DNA of 28,644 nucleotides from a virus. Its lineage: Duplodnaviria > Heunggongvirae > Uroviricota > Caudoviricetes. Positions 1-8,147 of the stretch are shown piece by piece. Every line of letters starts with the position of its first letter. Positions within the stretch are counted from its first letter, which is position 1. The stretch is from positions 1-28,644 of IMG/VR virus record IMGVR_UViG_2711768060_000004; one strand, written 5' to 3'. A model generated the notes under the pieces. It did no database searches. It was given only the letters and a program-made list of their open reading frames with translations, and had not been told where the DNA came from. The translations under genes were made by a program, and so were the position numbers.

Positions 1-230
1 AGTACAGCACGGACAGCATCATTGATCTGCTGGCGCATCAGCGCCACCCGATAAGCCAGCGCCTCTGCCCATTTATATGCGGGATCAGATTCCACCAGAG
101 CCGAAAACAACGTATCCAGCTCCTGATACTTCGCCACTATCTGAGTGACCAGCACAGCGGTGTCCGGCACATCCACTACATCCGGTACAGGTATCGCGGA
201 CAAATCAATAATGGCCTGAGACGTTGCCAA
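1..230 (-). CDS. Baseplate assembly protein J, N-terminal part (gene runs off the window start)
   Basis: Minus-strand frame from a TTG near 230 gives (L)ATSQAIIDLSAIPVPDVVDVPD...AYRVALMRQQINDAVRAV, which resembles the remembered P2 gpJ N-terminus (MPIIDLNQLPAPDVVE...). Overlaps the upstream gp25/W gene stop as in P2. Start codon uncertain. Confidence 0.55.
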   Translation of the reverse strand, partial: MATSQAIIDLSAIPVPDVVDVPDTAVLVTQIVAKYQELDTLFSALVESDPAYKWAEALAYRVALMRQQINDAVRAV

Positions 231-561
231 TTTTTATCTCCTCGAGTCGAATCGTTTCCTGAGTTTCGTTATTCACCCCGACAAGCGTCAGCCAGGCGCA
301 GCCTTCTCCGGTCCACGTCACCTCCACCCGGCGAAGGGTCAGGCGGGGTTCCCAGCGTTCGAGGGCGGTTGCCGTTTCACGGACAATCCTCACCCGTGTG
401 AAATCATCCTGCGGGTTATCAAGCAGGCTGAACAGCCTGCTGCCGTATTCCCTGAGCAGGACCCGGCTGCCGACCGGTGTTGACAGAATATCGGTGACGG
501 ACTGACGCAGATGTTCGTTACCGTGCAGATATCTTCCGGTGGCGGAATCAATACCAATCAT
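205..561 (-). CDS. Baseplate protein W (gp25/GpW lysozyme-like family)
   Basis: Track ORF 205..651; homology starts at the internal ATG at 561 (MIGIDSATGRY...TPVGSRVLLREYGSRL...WEPRLTL), 118 aa, matching the P2 gpW/gp25 motifs TPVGSR, DYGS, WEPR. Confidence 0.7.
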   Translation of the reverse strand: MIGIDSATGRYLHGNEHLRQSVTDILSTPVGSRVLLREYGSRLFSLLDNPQDDFTRVRIVRETATALERWEPRLTLRRVEVTWTGEGCAWLTLVGVNNETQETIRLEEIKIGNVSGHY

Positions 562-572
562 GAAATTTTTCC

Positions 573-595
573 GAAAAAAAACGCCGGTGCGGCGT
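573..595 (-). terminator. Intrinsic-terminator-like hairpin plus T8 between baseplate V and W genes
   Basis: Minus strand reads ACGCCG-cac-CGGCGT (perfect 6-bp stem) followed by TTTTTTTT, directly after the V stop (596-598) and 12 nt before the W start. Confidence 0.4.
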
Positions 596-1219
596 TCACA
601 TTTCCTGGTTAGGTTTACGGGTGGTTCCCCCGCTGTCGCCGGGGTGATCATGAGTATTATAAATTTCGCGAATTTTACTCATGCTACCGGTTTTGTCGGT
701 GATCTCCTGTGAGGCACCGATATTGCCCAGAACCTGCGTATCGGCATTAATCTTCGTTTTTCCCTGTACAGTCAGGGTGTCCGTGATTTCCACCGGACCG
801 TCCAGGGTTCCCCTGCCGGTAATTTTATAGCTGCCGCCTTCAGCCAGCGTGATGAACAGGGCATTAGCCTGACGGTCGTAACGGATCTCCGTTCCGGTAT
901 CAAACAAAATAACATGCTCGTGTTCACTGCCCGCCGGTACCGGAATCGCGTCAATGTTGGCCCCCGGATACACCCGACCATTACGCAGATCACCCGCCTC
1001 CGATATCACCGTTACCGCATCTCCGGGAGCCGGGTAATTACTGACCTGCATGTAACGCCCGGACTGCACCTGAATCCAGGGCAACGGCGGTGAAAGCACA
1101 TCCCCGATATCCACCCGGACCATCACAGGGCTACCCGGGATCACCTCGTCCACCACGCCGCGACGGACCATATCCGCCACCCTGCGGCGTAACTCTGCCA
1201 CTTCATCCGCCAGACTCAT
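596..1219 (-). CDS. Baseplate assembly protein V (spike, gpV family)
   Basis: Track ORF 596..1513 trimmed to the ATG at 1219 (MSLADEVAELRRRVADMVRRG...), 207 aa. C-terminal HDHPGDSGGTT motif is typical of P2 gpV / Mu gp45. Confidence 0.7.
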   Translation of the reverse strand: MSLADEVAELRRRVADMVRRGVVDEVIPGSPVMVRVDIGDVLSPPLPWIQVQSGRYMQVSNYPAPGDAVTVISEAGDLRNGRVYPGANIDAIPVPAGSEHEHVILFDTGTEIRYDRQANALFITLAEGGSYKITGRGTLDGPVEITDTLTVQGKTKINADTQVLGNIGASQEITDKTGSMSKIREIYNTHDHPGDSGGTTRKPNQEM

Positions 1220-1769
1220 CGCCGGTGCCCTCCGCTTTCCAGATAAGACGATAATCCTGCACATGCTTTTTACCGGTTTCCGGTACTTTCCCCAGCCAGA
1301 CTTCCCGTAACGGCGCACCTGCCGGAACCGCAAACGGATCTTCGCCGGCCGGAATGTCCTGTTCAAAAGAGACCCGGAAAACGATGTAGTCGTCCAGCAG
1401 CCGGTCGAAGGTATCCACCTCAGCATCAATAAAAACCGCCGGATCAACGTTATCCAGCCCGAACGTGGCTCCATCAATCCAGTCAGATAAATCCATTGCC
1501 AGACAGCGGGCAAATATCTGCGGTTTTGACACGTTCTCCGTCTTCCCGGACCTGTCAGTCACCACAAACAGATCGCATTTCAGCGTGACCCGCATCTGCC
1601 CGTCAGCAAACGGAGCCTTGTCCCAGCCCGGTACATCCACAAACACGGCAGGCGTCACCAGTTGCGTCACTTTTTCCGGGTACTCATCGGCATCTTCCAC
1701 CCAGGGAATTTGTTTCAGACTGTCAATCACCGCCTGATGCCAGGCTCCCATCATCAATGGTTCCATCAC
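1203..1769 (-). CDS. Tail-module protein of unknown function (possible tail completion protein)
   Basis: 188-aa ORF, translationally coupled to neighbours (4-nt overlap upstream, 17-nt overlap with V). Position matches P2 R/S-type tail completion genes; no motif recognised. Confidence 0.35.
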   Translation of the reverse strand: MMEPLMMGAWHQAVIDSLKQIPWVEDADEYPEKVTQLVTPAVFVDVPGWDKAPFADGQMRVTLKCDLFVVTDRSGKTENVSKPQIFARCLAMDLSDWIDGATFGLDNVDPAVFIDAEVDTFDRLLDDYIVFRVSFEQDIPAGEDPFAVPAGAPLREVWLGKVPETGKKHVQDYRLIWKAEGTGDESGG

Positions 1770-2488
1770 TCCAGCCCCTTAAATACCCGGAATTTCAGTT
1801 CATGCTCAAAATTTTTCAGGATCAGTGCTTCCGCATCAGGGAAAACAAAATCCTCTATACGGTTCAGCATGGCTTCATAAATATCAATTTCTGCTTCGCG
1901 TACCCTTCGTCGTCCGGATGCCTGCCGGACCAAGACCGTCTTACGTCGTGAAATGCGTCCGCTCCGGTTTTCAGACTCAAATTCATTAATGAAAGCCTCT
2001 TCACCTGACCAGGTGGTGACCGGTATTGCCTCCCCGGCAGGTTTAAAACGAATCTCCCTCGCCTGTCTTCGGCGTGTGGCCGGTGCAAAACGTCCCCGTT
2101 CATCACGCAACTGATGGCGTTCGCCACGCCTTCCGCCGGTAATACGTCCGCGCAGGTCACGCACTTTGATGGCGTTCAGGCCAAACCATACCTTCGCCTC
2201 ATCAAACTCATCGCCATTTCGACGAATGATAAAAGCATTCAAGACACGGTTTTTGATCATTTTCTGACTGCGTGGCGCAACCTGTTTTTTAAACTCTGCC
2301 ATGGCCTTCATCCGCAGTGCGGACGCGGCTCTTTTCAGCGCCACGCCCCAGGCTTTACGGATCTGGCTTTTTGAACCACCCAGTTTAGCGATAATTTTCA
2401 GCACCTCATCTTCATCAATATCGACGACGAGGTTTCGTGCCAGCCGTCGCTGCCGGGCACTGCTTCGTTCATGCTCTCTGACTGCCAT
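1766..2488 (-). CDS. Arg-rich tail completion-like protein (lambda Z-like character)
   Basis: 240-aa ORF immediately after FII; Arg-rich stretch (LRGRITGGRRGERHQLRDERGRF) recalls lambda Z (LSRRRRRKKG). Assignment by position and composition only. Confidence 0.35.
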   Translation of the reverse strand: MAVREHERSSARQRRLARNLVVDIDEDEVLKIIAKLGGSKSQIRKAWGVALKRAASALRMKAMAEFKKQVAPRSQKMIKNRVLNAFIIRRNGDEFDEAKVWFGLNAIKVRDLRGRITGGRRGERHQLRDERGRFAPATRRRQAREIRFKPAGEAIPVTTWSGEEAFINEFESENRSGRISRRKTVLVRQASGRRRVREAEIDIYEAMLNRIEDFVFPDAEALILKNFEHELKFRVFKGLE

Positions 2489-2876
2489 AACGTTTACTCG
2501 GTCTGACAGGGGCGGCAGGCGTACTTCTTCCGGGTTCTCCCCGCGCGAGAGTAATGGTAATCACACCATGCCCCGCAGTACCCGACTCATCCCAGCCGGG
2601 ATCGACTACCTGATAGGGTTCACCGTGGATCATGACCCTGTCATATTTTTTCAGTCCGGCAACCCATGCGCTCCGGGTAAATAAAACTGGCGCAGTATTA
2701 CGAATTTCGCCGCTGCCAGTGTTCATCCCGGTGTTTTCTGCCGGGGCATCAAAAACGGCACGGATTCTTCTTTCCGTGCCGCCCGGATATATGCTGATTT
2801 CCGTCCCCATCGTATCCAGGATGATGTCATCCGCATCACTCATGGCCTGATCGAACAGATTATCTAACATCATCAC
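2469..2876 (-). CDS. FII: Head-tail joining protein FII
   Basis: N-terminus MMMLDNLFDQAMSDADDIILDTMGT vs lambda FII MADFDNLFDAAIARADETIRGYMGT; follows FI as in lambda. Confidence 0.75.
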   Translation of the reverse strand: MMMLDNLFDQAMSDADDIILDTMGTEISIYPGGTERRIRAVFDAPAENTGMNTGSGEIRNTAPVLFTRSAWVAGLKKYDRVMIHGEPYQVVDPGWDESGTAGHGVITITLARGEPGRSTPAAPVRPSKRYGSQRA

Positions 2877-3238
2877 TCCCGGATTTTTTCTGCCAGACCG
2901 TCCGCCAGCAACGCAGGAACTGCGGCTTCATTAACCAGCACAACACTGGAGGCCCGGGCAAACATCAACATTTTTCCCGTTACAGCATCACAGGCTGGCA
3001 TATGCGCCGTTTTCAGCATACGCACCCGGGCGAGTCCCCGCTCAGAATGCATTCCGTCGCCGGATGCATCGTTGCCCACCTCTTCCTTCCCTGTCTCCTC
3101 CCCATCGAATCCGGCGGCCTCCTCTTCCCATTCCGCCAGGCGCTGCTCAAGATCGGCTTTTGAACCTGAAATATCTGCTTCACGCCCCAGAATCACTGCC
3201 AGTTCCTGCAAACGTTCAGTCATCTGCTCTTTTGTCAT
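2873..3238 (-). CDS. FI: DNA packaging protein FI
   Basis: Track ORF 2873..3370 trimmed to the ATG at 3238 (MTKEQMTERLQELAVILGREADISGSKADLEQRLAEW) vs lambda FI MTKDELIARLRSLGEQLNRDVSLTGTKEELALRVAEL; GGGAGAG Shine-Dalgarno 5 nt upstream. Confidence 0.7.
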   Translation of the reverse strand: MTKEQMTERLQELAVILGREADISGSKADLEQRLAEWEEEAAGFDGEETGKEEVGNDASGDGMHSERGLARVRMLKTAHMPACDAVTGKMLMFARASSVVLVNEAAVPALLADGLAEKIRE

Positions 3239-3260
3239 CACATCTCTCCCGTGCGCTAAA

Positions 3261-3283
3261 GAAAAAGGCGGGAATATCCCGCC
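3261..3283 (-). terminator. Hairpin (GGCGGGAtatTCCCGCC) plus short T-run after major capsid gene
   Basis: Perfect 7-bp stem right after the E stop (3289-3291) followed by TTTTTC on the minus strand; could be a partial terminator or mRNA-stabilising hairpin. Confidence 0.35.
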
Positions 3284-3288
3284 CCGTC

Positions 3289-4317
3289 TTATTTCACCTG
3301 AACCACCACAAACGCATCCGGATCCGGCAGCACCATCAACGGCGCAGACTGCGTCATGGTATATTCGCACCCCGGGTCCCCCACCTCTAACCAGTGTTTC
3401 GGATAACGAATCGCAGAGGTGATCCCTTCACTCAGTGCCTGATTATCCTGAATGGCACCATAACAACGGACGCCTTCCGCCTGAGTGTTCCCCAGAATCA
3501 GTGTGCCTTCCGGCAGATAACGCTGTTCATCCCCGTTTTCATCGACGTAAGCGGTTTTCGCCACCACAATAGCCAGATCACCGTAATAACCCTTAAAAGA
3601 GACTACGGAGCCCAGGTCTTTCAGCGCGGTTTCCAGTTCCGATTTTGAGCCACGACGGGTATCCAGTTTTTCACGGAAAAGCTTAAAGCCATTCAGCATA
3701 CGCCAGACCGTGCCATCCATAATCGCGATATTGATGGTCCCGGAGGCAAAATCGCAGTACGCATCCAGATCGTGCGTTGGATCAAAGGTGTCAGCATTCT
3801 GCTGTGACCATCTGTTGCCGCCAGCCTGAGTAATGTTATTGGTGGCAGAGCGCCCAAAATCCACTTCCACCGTCTCAAACTGTTCCCCGCTCATGGTGTA
3901 CTTACCCTGCAGAACGGCACTGACCGCCTGCATTTCTTCCACCTGCACAATCGCCTGCTCTTCCTGCTTCAGGTTGTCCGTCAGAATACGCAGGCGGCGG
4001 TAGGCCGGGTCATTAAGACGGGCCGGATCTTCCCCCGGAAGACGTTCCACTGCCTGCTGATAATCAAAGCGGTGTTTGGGTTTTACATAACCGGGACGTA
4101 ACACGCGGGTTTCACCACCACGGCTGCGCAGCACTTTGCCTGACACCACCGGAGACACATACGCCGCAACCGGTGTTTTGCCGGTAATTTTATCCAGCAT
4201 GACTTCCTGAGTATGGAAAGTGATCGTGCGACGAAAGAACAGCTCCAGAAACAGCGCACGAAATTTCACTTTCTGCTCGGTGTACCCGAGTAACTGACGC
4301 GTGGTAAATAACCCCAT
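3289..4317 (-). CDS. E: Major capsid protein E
   Basis: 342 aa; long collinear similarity to lambda gpE (e.g. EEMQAVSAVLQGKYTMSGE, LDTRRGSKSELETALKDLG, TMTQSAPLMVLPDPD). Confidence 0.9.
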   Translation of the reverse strand: MGLFTTRQLLGYTEQKVKFRALFLELFFRRTITFHTQEVMLDKITGKTPVAAYVSPVVSGKVLRSRGGETRVLRPGYVKPKHRFDYQQAVERLPGEDPARLNDPAYRRLRILTDNLKQEEQAIVQVEEMQAVSAVLQGKYTMSGEQFETVEVDFGRSATNNITQAGGNRWSQQNADTFDPTHDLDAYCDFASGTINIAIMDGTVWRMLNGFKLFREKLDTRRGSKSELETALKDLGSVVSFKGYYGDLAIVVAKTAYVDENGDEQRYLPEGTLILGNTQAEGVRCYGAIQDNQALSEGITSAIRYPKHWLEVGDPGCEYTMTQSAPLMVLPDPDAFVVVQVK

Positions 4318-4386
4318 AATTTATTTTCCTTCAGAAACACAAACGGGCCGCATCGCGACCCGTTTTTTCAGTCAATCACTTCACCA

Positions 4387-4722
4387 TCAGGCGTGGCTGA
4401 TAGCACTTCCCACAAATGCGTTGGCTTTTTTCACCGCATCCACAGAGTCAGGCCAGACCAGCGACTCAGTGGCAAACGTACCGCTTTTGTAGTACGTCAG
4501 TGTGGGTTCTGTTCCGGCAAGCGCCAGAGCCAGCACGCCCACTGCCGTTCCGGCTTTCTGACCATCCCATGCCACCAGTTTGCCGGTGGCGTCATCCAGC
4601 ATCAGTGGCGTCAGTGCAGGCGTGGCAGCACTGACGCCACTGGTAGCGGTTGCAGTATGCGCCGGATCGCTTCCGGCAAAAATATGCACATCCGCGCGCT
4701 TTTCCGTGGTGGTTTTAATCAT
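4387..4722 (-). CDS. D: Head decoration protein D
   Basis: 111 aa; SDPAHTATA...TPLMLD...KLVAWDG...YKSGTF matches lambda gpD almost collinearly. Confidence 0.9.
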   Translation of the reverse strand: MIKTTTEKRADVHIFAGSDPAHTATATSGVSAATPALTPLMLDDATGKLVAWDGQKAGTAVGVLALALAGTEPTLTYYKSGTFATESLVWPDSVDAVKKANAFVGSAISHA

Positions 4723-4760
4723 TTTTCAGTCTCCTGATTTATCTGAATTCCGGATATCGC

Positions 4761-6377
4761 TTACGGCATACTCATCAGCAGATCTTCTTCTCCGTGCCCG
4801 GCAGTTCCGCCACCGGAAACCGCACTGGCAGCATGCTGTGCCATAAAGCGATCAAAAAGAGTTTCCTGTGACGGTTGCGATGCCGCCGGCGCGGCTGCCA
4901 GCAGCGTTTTCGCCTGCGCCACCGTCATTCCTGGCTGTTCTGTCAGTGCCTGTGCAAGTTGTTCGCGCCCTTTCGCCTCCGGCAGCGCCATAATCTGCTC
5001 GCCGACACTTGCAGAACCCGCAACCGGTGCCGCCGCCAGTAACGTTTTGGCCTGGTCAACGGTCATTCCCGGCTGTTCAGCCAGCGCCTGCGCGAGTTGT
5101 TCACGCCCTTTTGCTTCTGGTAACGCCATAATCTGATCGCCTGTGCCTGCAGCACCGGCAGCAGGGGCTGCCGCCAGAAACGCTTTCGCCTGCGCCACCG
5201 TCATCCCCGGTTGACCTGCCAGCATCTGTGCCAGTTGCTCACGCCCCTTTGCTTCCGGCAGCGCCATAATCTGATCACCCGTGCTGTCAGTACCGGCAAC
5301 CGGCGCAGCAGCCAGCAACGTTTTCGCCTGCTCAACCGTCATTCCAGGTTGACCTGCCAGCATTTGCGCCAGTTGCTCGCGCCCTTTCGCCTCCTGACAA
5401 TTCAGGATCCCCATCACGCGCTGATTTTCCTGGGCCACCGCTTCAGCAACGGTGAGATTTTTAACAGTCATTGCATTCTCCTTCGTAACAGAGTCATTCA
5501 GTGCAGAAACCATCACTTCAACGGCATCTGCAGCATTAATCAGTTGATCAGCCAGGCCTGCATCAATGCCTGCCTGACCGTCATAAACGGCAGCCTCGGT
5601 ATTCATCACCGCCTCTGAACTCAGCCCCGTATAAAGCGCCACCTTGTCGACAAACATCCGGCGGGCCTCATCAATACGGCGCTGAAAATCTGCACGCACA
5701 CCTGCCGGCAATGCCTGAATACTGTTGCCGTCAACCTTGTGCTGCCCGGAGTAAATCAGCGTGATGTCCACCCCTTCCTGTGCCAGTTGTTTCTCGTAAC
5801 TGGTATGCGCCATCATCACGCCAATCGAACCAATTTTTGCCGTCTGCGTGACCAGCCGACGGGTACAGGCTGCCGCCAGCAACATGGCGGCTGAACAGGC
5901 CATGTCATTACACAGCGCCCACACGGGCTTCTGTTCCCGCAGACGGTAAATCATGTCAGCACAGTCAAACGCCCCGGCAGCCTGACCGCCCGGGCTGTCG
6001 ATATCCAGCAAAATGCCGCGCACATCCGGATCATTCACCGCCATCTGAAGGCGGGCCGTCAGGCCGTCATAGCCAGTCATGCCGGAGTAAGGCCGCAGGG
6101 TACCCAGTTTATGCACCAGCGTGCCGCTCACCGGAAGAATGGCGATGCCATTCTTCACCTGGTAACTCTTTGCCGGACGCTGACCGCCCGCCATATAGTC
6201 AGTCACAGCCAGTTGCATACCATCAGCATCAAGCTGAACAGCCTGCTGAGGAACGGCAAGGCTGCCGGCTCCCATCTCTTTACCCAGCGCGCAAAAGAAA
6301 ACCCGCGCATAGGCGGGTTCCAGTAAAAGCGGCTCATTAAATGCCATGGCGGCAATATGCGATAAATTACGACGCAT
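4761..6377 (-). CDS. C: Head maturation protease / scaffold fusion (lambda C with nested Nu3-like scaffold domain)
   Basis: 538 aa; position after portal B and before D as lambda C/Nu3. C-terminal third is four tandem 46-aa units (MALPEAKGREQLAQ.L..QPGMTV.QAK..LAAAP...), three with in-frame ATG. Confidence 0.8.
   Translation of the reverse strand: MRRNLSHIAAMAFNEPLLLEPAYARVFFCALGKEMGAGSLAVPQQAVQLDADGMQLAVTDYMAGGQRPAKSYQVKNGIAILPVSGTLVHKLGTLRPYSGMTGYDGLTARLQMAVNDPDVRGILLDIDSPGGQAAGAFDCADMIYRLREQKPVWALCNDMACSAAMLLAAACTRRLVTQTAKIGSIGVMMAHTSYEKQLAQEGVDITLIYSGQHKVDGNSIQALPAGVRADFQRRIDEARRMFVDKVALYTGLSSEAVMNTEAAVYDGQAGIDAGLADQLINAADAVEVMVSALNDSVTKENAMTVKNLTVAEAVAQENQRVMGILNCQEAKGREQLAQMLAGQPGMTVEQAKTLLAAAPVAGTDSTGDQIMALPEAKGREQLAQMLAGQPGMTVAQAKAFLAAAPAAGAAGTGDQIMALPEAKGREQLAQALAEQPGMTVDQAKTLLAAAPVAGSASVGEQIMALPEAKGREQLAQALTEQPGMTVAQAKTLLAAAPAASQPSQETLFDRFMAQHAASAVSGGGTAGHGEEDLLMSMP
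4880..5405. repeat. About 3.8 tandem copies of a 138-bp unit inside the C/Nu3 coding region
   Basis: In-frame ATGs recur at 4991, 5129, 5267 (138-bp period) with near-identical flanking DNA (gccataatctg..., ccagcgcctgcgc..., tcacgccc...). Confidence 0.85.
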
Positions 6378-7938
6378 CGACTTTTTCTCCCGTTGTCTGT
6401 CGGATCTGCTGCTGAAACGTGTCCTTTATCCAGATGGGGCGGGGAAGACCCGCTGCCTGTCGCTCCTGGCTTTCACGCAGTTGCTGGCGGAAAATCTCCT
6501 GATAGTCATCGCCCATCAGGGCCAGCTCTTTCTCATACGTACTTAAACCACCTTCAATACGCATCACCGCTTCCTGCACTTCCTTAAGGCCATCAATCGC
6601 CATGCGACCGGCACCAATCCACTCGGCACGACACCATCCGGAACGGGCCTCCCAGAATGAAAAACGGGATTTCGGCGGGCGGATCACACCGCGAATAAGA
6701 GCTTCCTCCAGCCAGCAGGCAAACATCTGTGATGCCAGCCGGCTGGCCACAAATTTTCGTTTGCCCATAAAATACCGCCACGACTCATTGGCGGATGCCC
6801 TGGCACTGGAATAACTGACCTGTGAATAATCACGGGAAAGCTGTTCATAGGACACCCCCAGTCCGGCAGCAATGTAACGTAACAGCGCCTTTTCCAGTTC
6901 AGAGAAACCATTATCTGCATTCTGCGCTGTCTGCAGATTCAGTGAATCCCCCGGATAAAGATGTGGAATACGGACCCCGCCCAGCTTTACCGTATTGGTG
7001 GCGTAATAACGCGCGTAGCCTTTCATGATGGTGTTCAGGGGATTTTTACCGCCATCTCCCACCCCGGCGATATATTCAAATGCTTTTTCCGAATCCAGCG
7101 TGGATTCAATCGTCGCGGCATACATCGCCCGCACCACCGCCGACTGCAGTTGCGTGGCCTGCAGTGTGTCGAGCATCTTGAGGCGCTCCATGACAGAATA
7201 AAACTGGTTGGCCCCGCGCGTCTGCCCGTCCTCCTGCGGCTGAAACACATGGATCATTCCCGGTCGCCCGGAGGGCAGCGTCGCCGCAATCCGCGTCCAG
7301 TTGCTGACACCGTAACCGGGCCAGTCATCTTCCTGAACATGGTAGGCCAGTGCTTTTCCGTACCGGTTGATTTCCACCCCGGCACGCATAAAACGATCGC
7401 CGGTACCATAACCGGGTGTACTGACACGTTTCGGGCTGATGGTTTTGAATTTCGTCCGGAATAATGACGTGGATTCCGTATCCCATACGGGCTGGACAAA
7501 AATTTCACCGTTAAATGTATGAACGCCCACCCCTTCACGAATAAATTCGGTAAACGAGCGACGCCCCTCCACATCCATCGAACCAAACACCGGATCGCAG
7601 AATTCCATCCACGCCGCCTCCACATCTTCAATAAAGGCATGTGAATCGGCTTCCGACATCCCCAGCCAGCGCCAGTTGGGCCGGTAACTCAGACGAAACA
7701 TGTGTCCGACGATATGGTCTTTATGAATTTCAACGGCGTTTGCGGCAATACCGTTATTGCGGACCAGATCATCCGCACGGGCGTTACCCAGCTGAATGGA
7801 AGGTAAGAGCGCCACGTCGGCACTTTCCGGTGCAGGCAGCCATTCCGCAAGCTGCCCGCCAAATCCGGTACCCCCTCCGGAATACCCCATACTCTGCCGC
7901 AATGGCTGCCCGTGAAGATCCACCAGTTCCCCGTTCAC
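6367..7938 (-). CDS. B: Portal protein B
   Basis: 523 aa; collinear with lambda gpB (GNARADDLVRNNG, HVFQPQEDGQTRGANQFYSVME, LNLQTAQNADNG, LLRYIAAGLGVSYEQLSR, MAIDGLKEVQEAVM). Confidence 0.9.
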   Translation of the reverse strand: MNGELVDLHGQPLRQSMGYSGGGTGFGGQLAEWLPAPESADVALLPSIQLGNARADDLVRNNGIAANAVEIHKDHIVGHMFRLSYRPNWRWLGMSEADSHAFIEDVEAAWMEFCDPVFGSMDVEGRRSFTEFIREGVGVHTFNGEIFVQPVWDTESTSLFRTKFKTISPKRVSTPGYGTGDRFMRAGVEINRYGKALAYHVQEDDWPGYGVSNWTRIAATLPSGRPGMIHVFQPQEDGQTRGANQFYSVMERLKMLDTLQATQLQSAVVRAMYAATIESTLDSEKAFEYIAGVGDGGKNPLNTIMKGYARYYATNTVKLGGVRIPHLYPGDSLNLQTAQNADNGFSELEKALLRYIAAGLGVSYEQLSRDYSQVSYSSARASANESWRYFMGKRKFVASRLASQMFACWLEEALIRGVIRPPKSRFSFWEARSGWCRAEWIGAGRMAIDGLKEVQEAVMRIEGGLSTYEKELALMGDDYQEIFRQQLRESQERQAAGLPRPIWIKDTFQQQIRQTTGEKVDAS

Positions 7939-8144
7939 AGCCCCACTCCTGCCGGGCCGCGACGCCGTCCGGATACACCCAGCGCACTTTCCAGCTCTTC
8001 AATATACTGACGCAGTTCACCAATCGTCGCCCGCGAATACTGAACCTGACGCCCGTCCTTGCTGACAGAAACCACAGCACGTCCGATCATCAGTTCATGT
8101 AATGCCCGGCGGGCATCACAAAGCATTTCATGCGTATAAACCAT
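7935..8144 (-). CDS. W: Head-tail connector protein W
   Basis: 69 aa; ARRALHELMIGRAVVSVSKDGRQV...YIEELE...RRRGPAG vs lambda W [24 protein letters not shown]...YIAELE...RRRGPAG. Confidence 0.85.
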   Translation of the reverse strand: MVYTHEMLCDARRALHELMIGRAVVSVSKDGRQVQYSRATIGELRQYIEELESALGVSGRRRGPAGVGL

Positions 8145-8147
8145 TCT

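Noticed and set aside
596-1513. 305-aa track ORF extending the baseplate V gene upstream
   Set aside because: Homology to gpV begins at the internal ATG at 1219; the upstream 98 codons overlap the 188-aa upstream gene in another frame and have no support.
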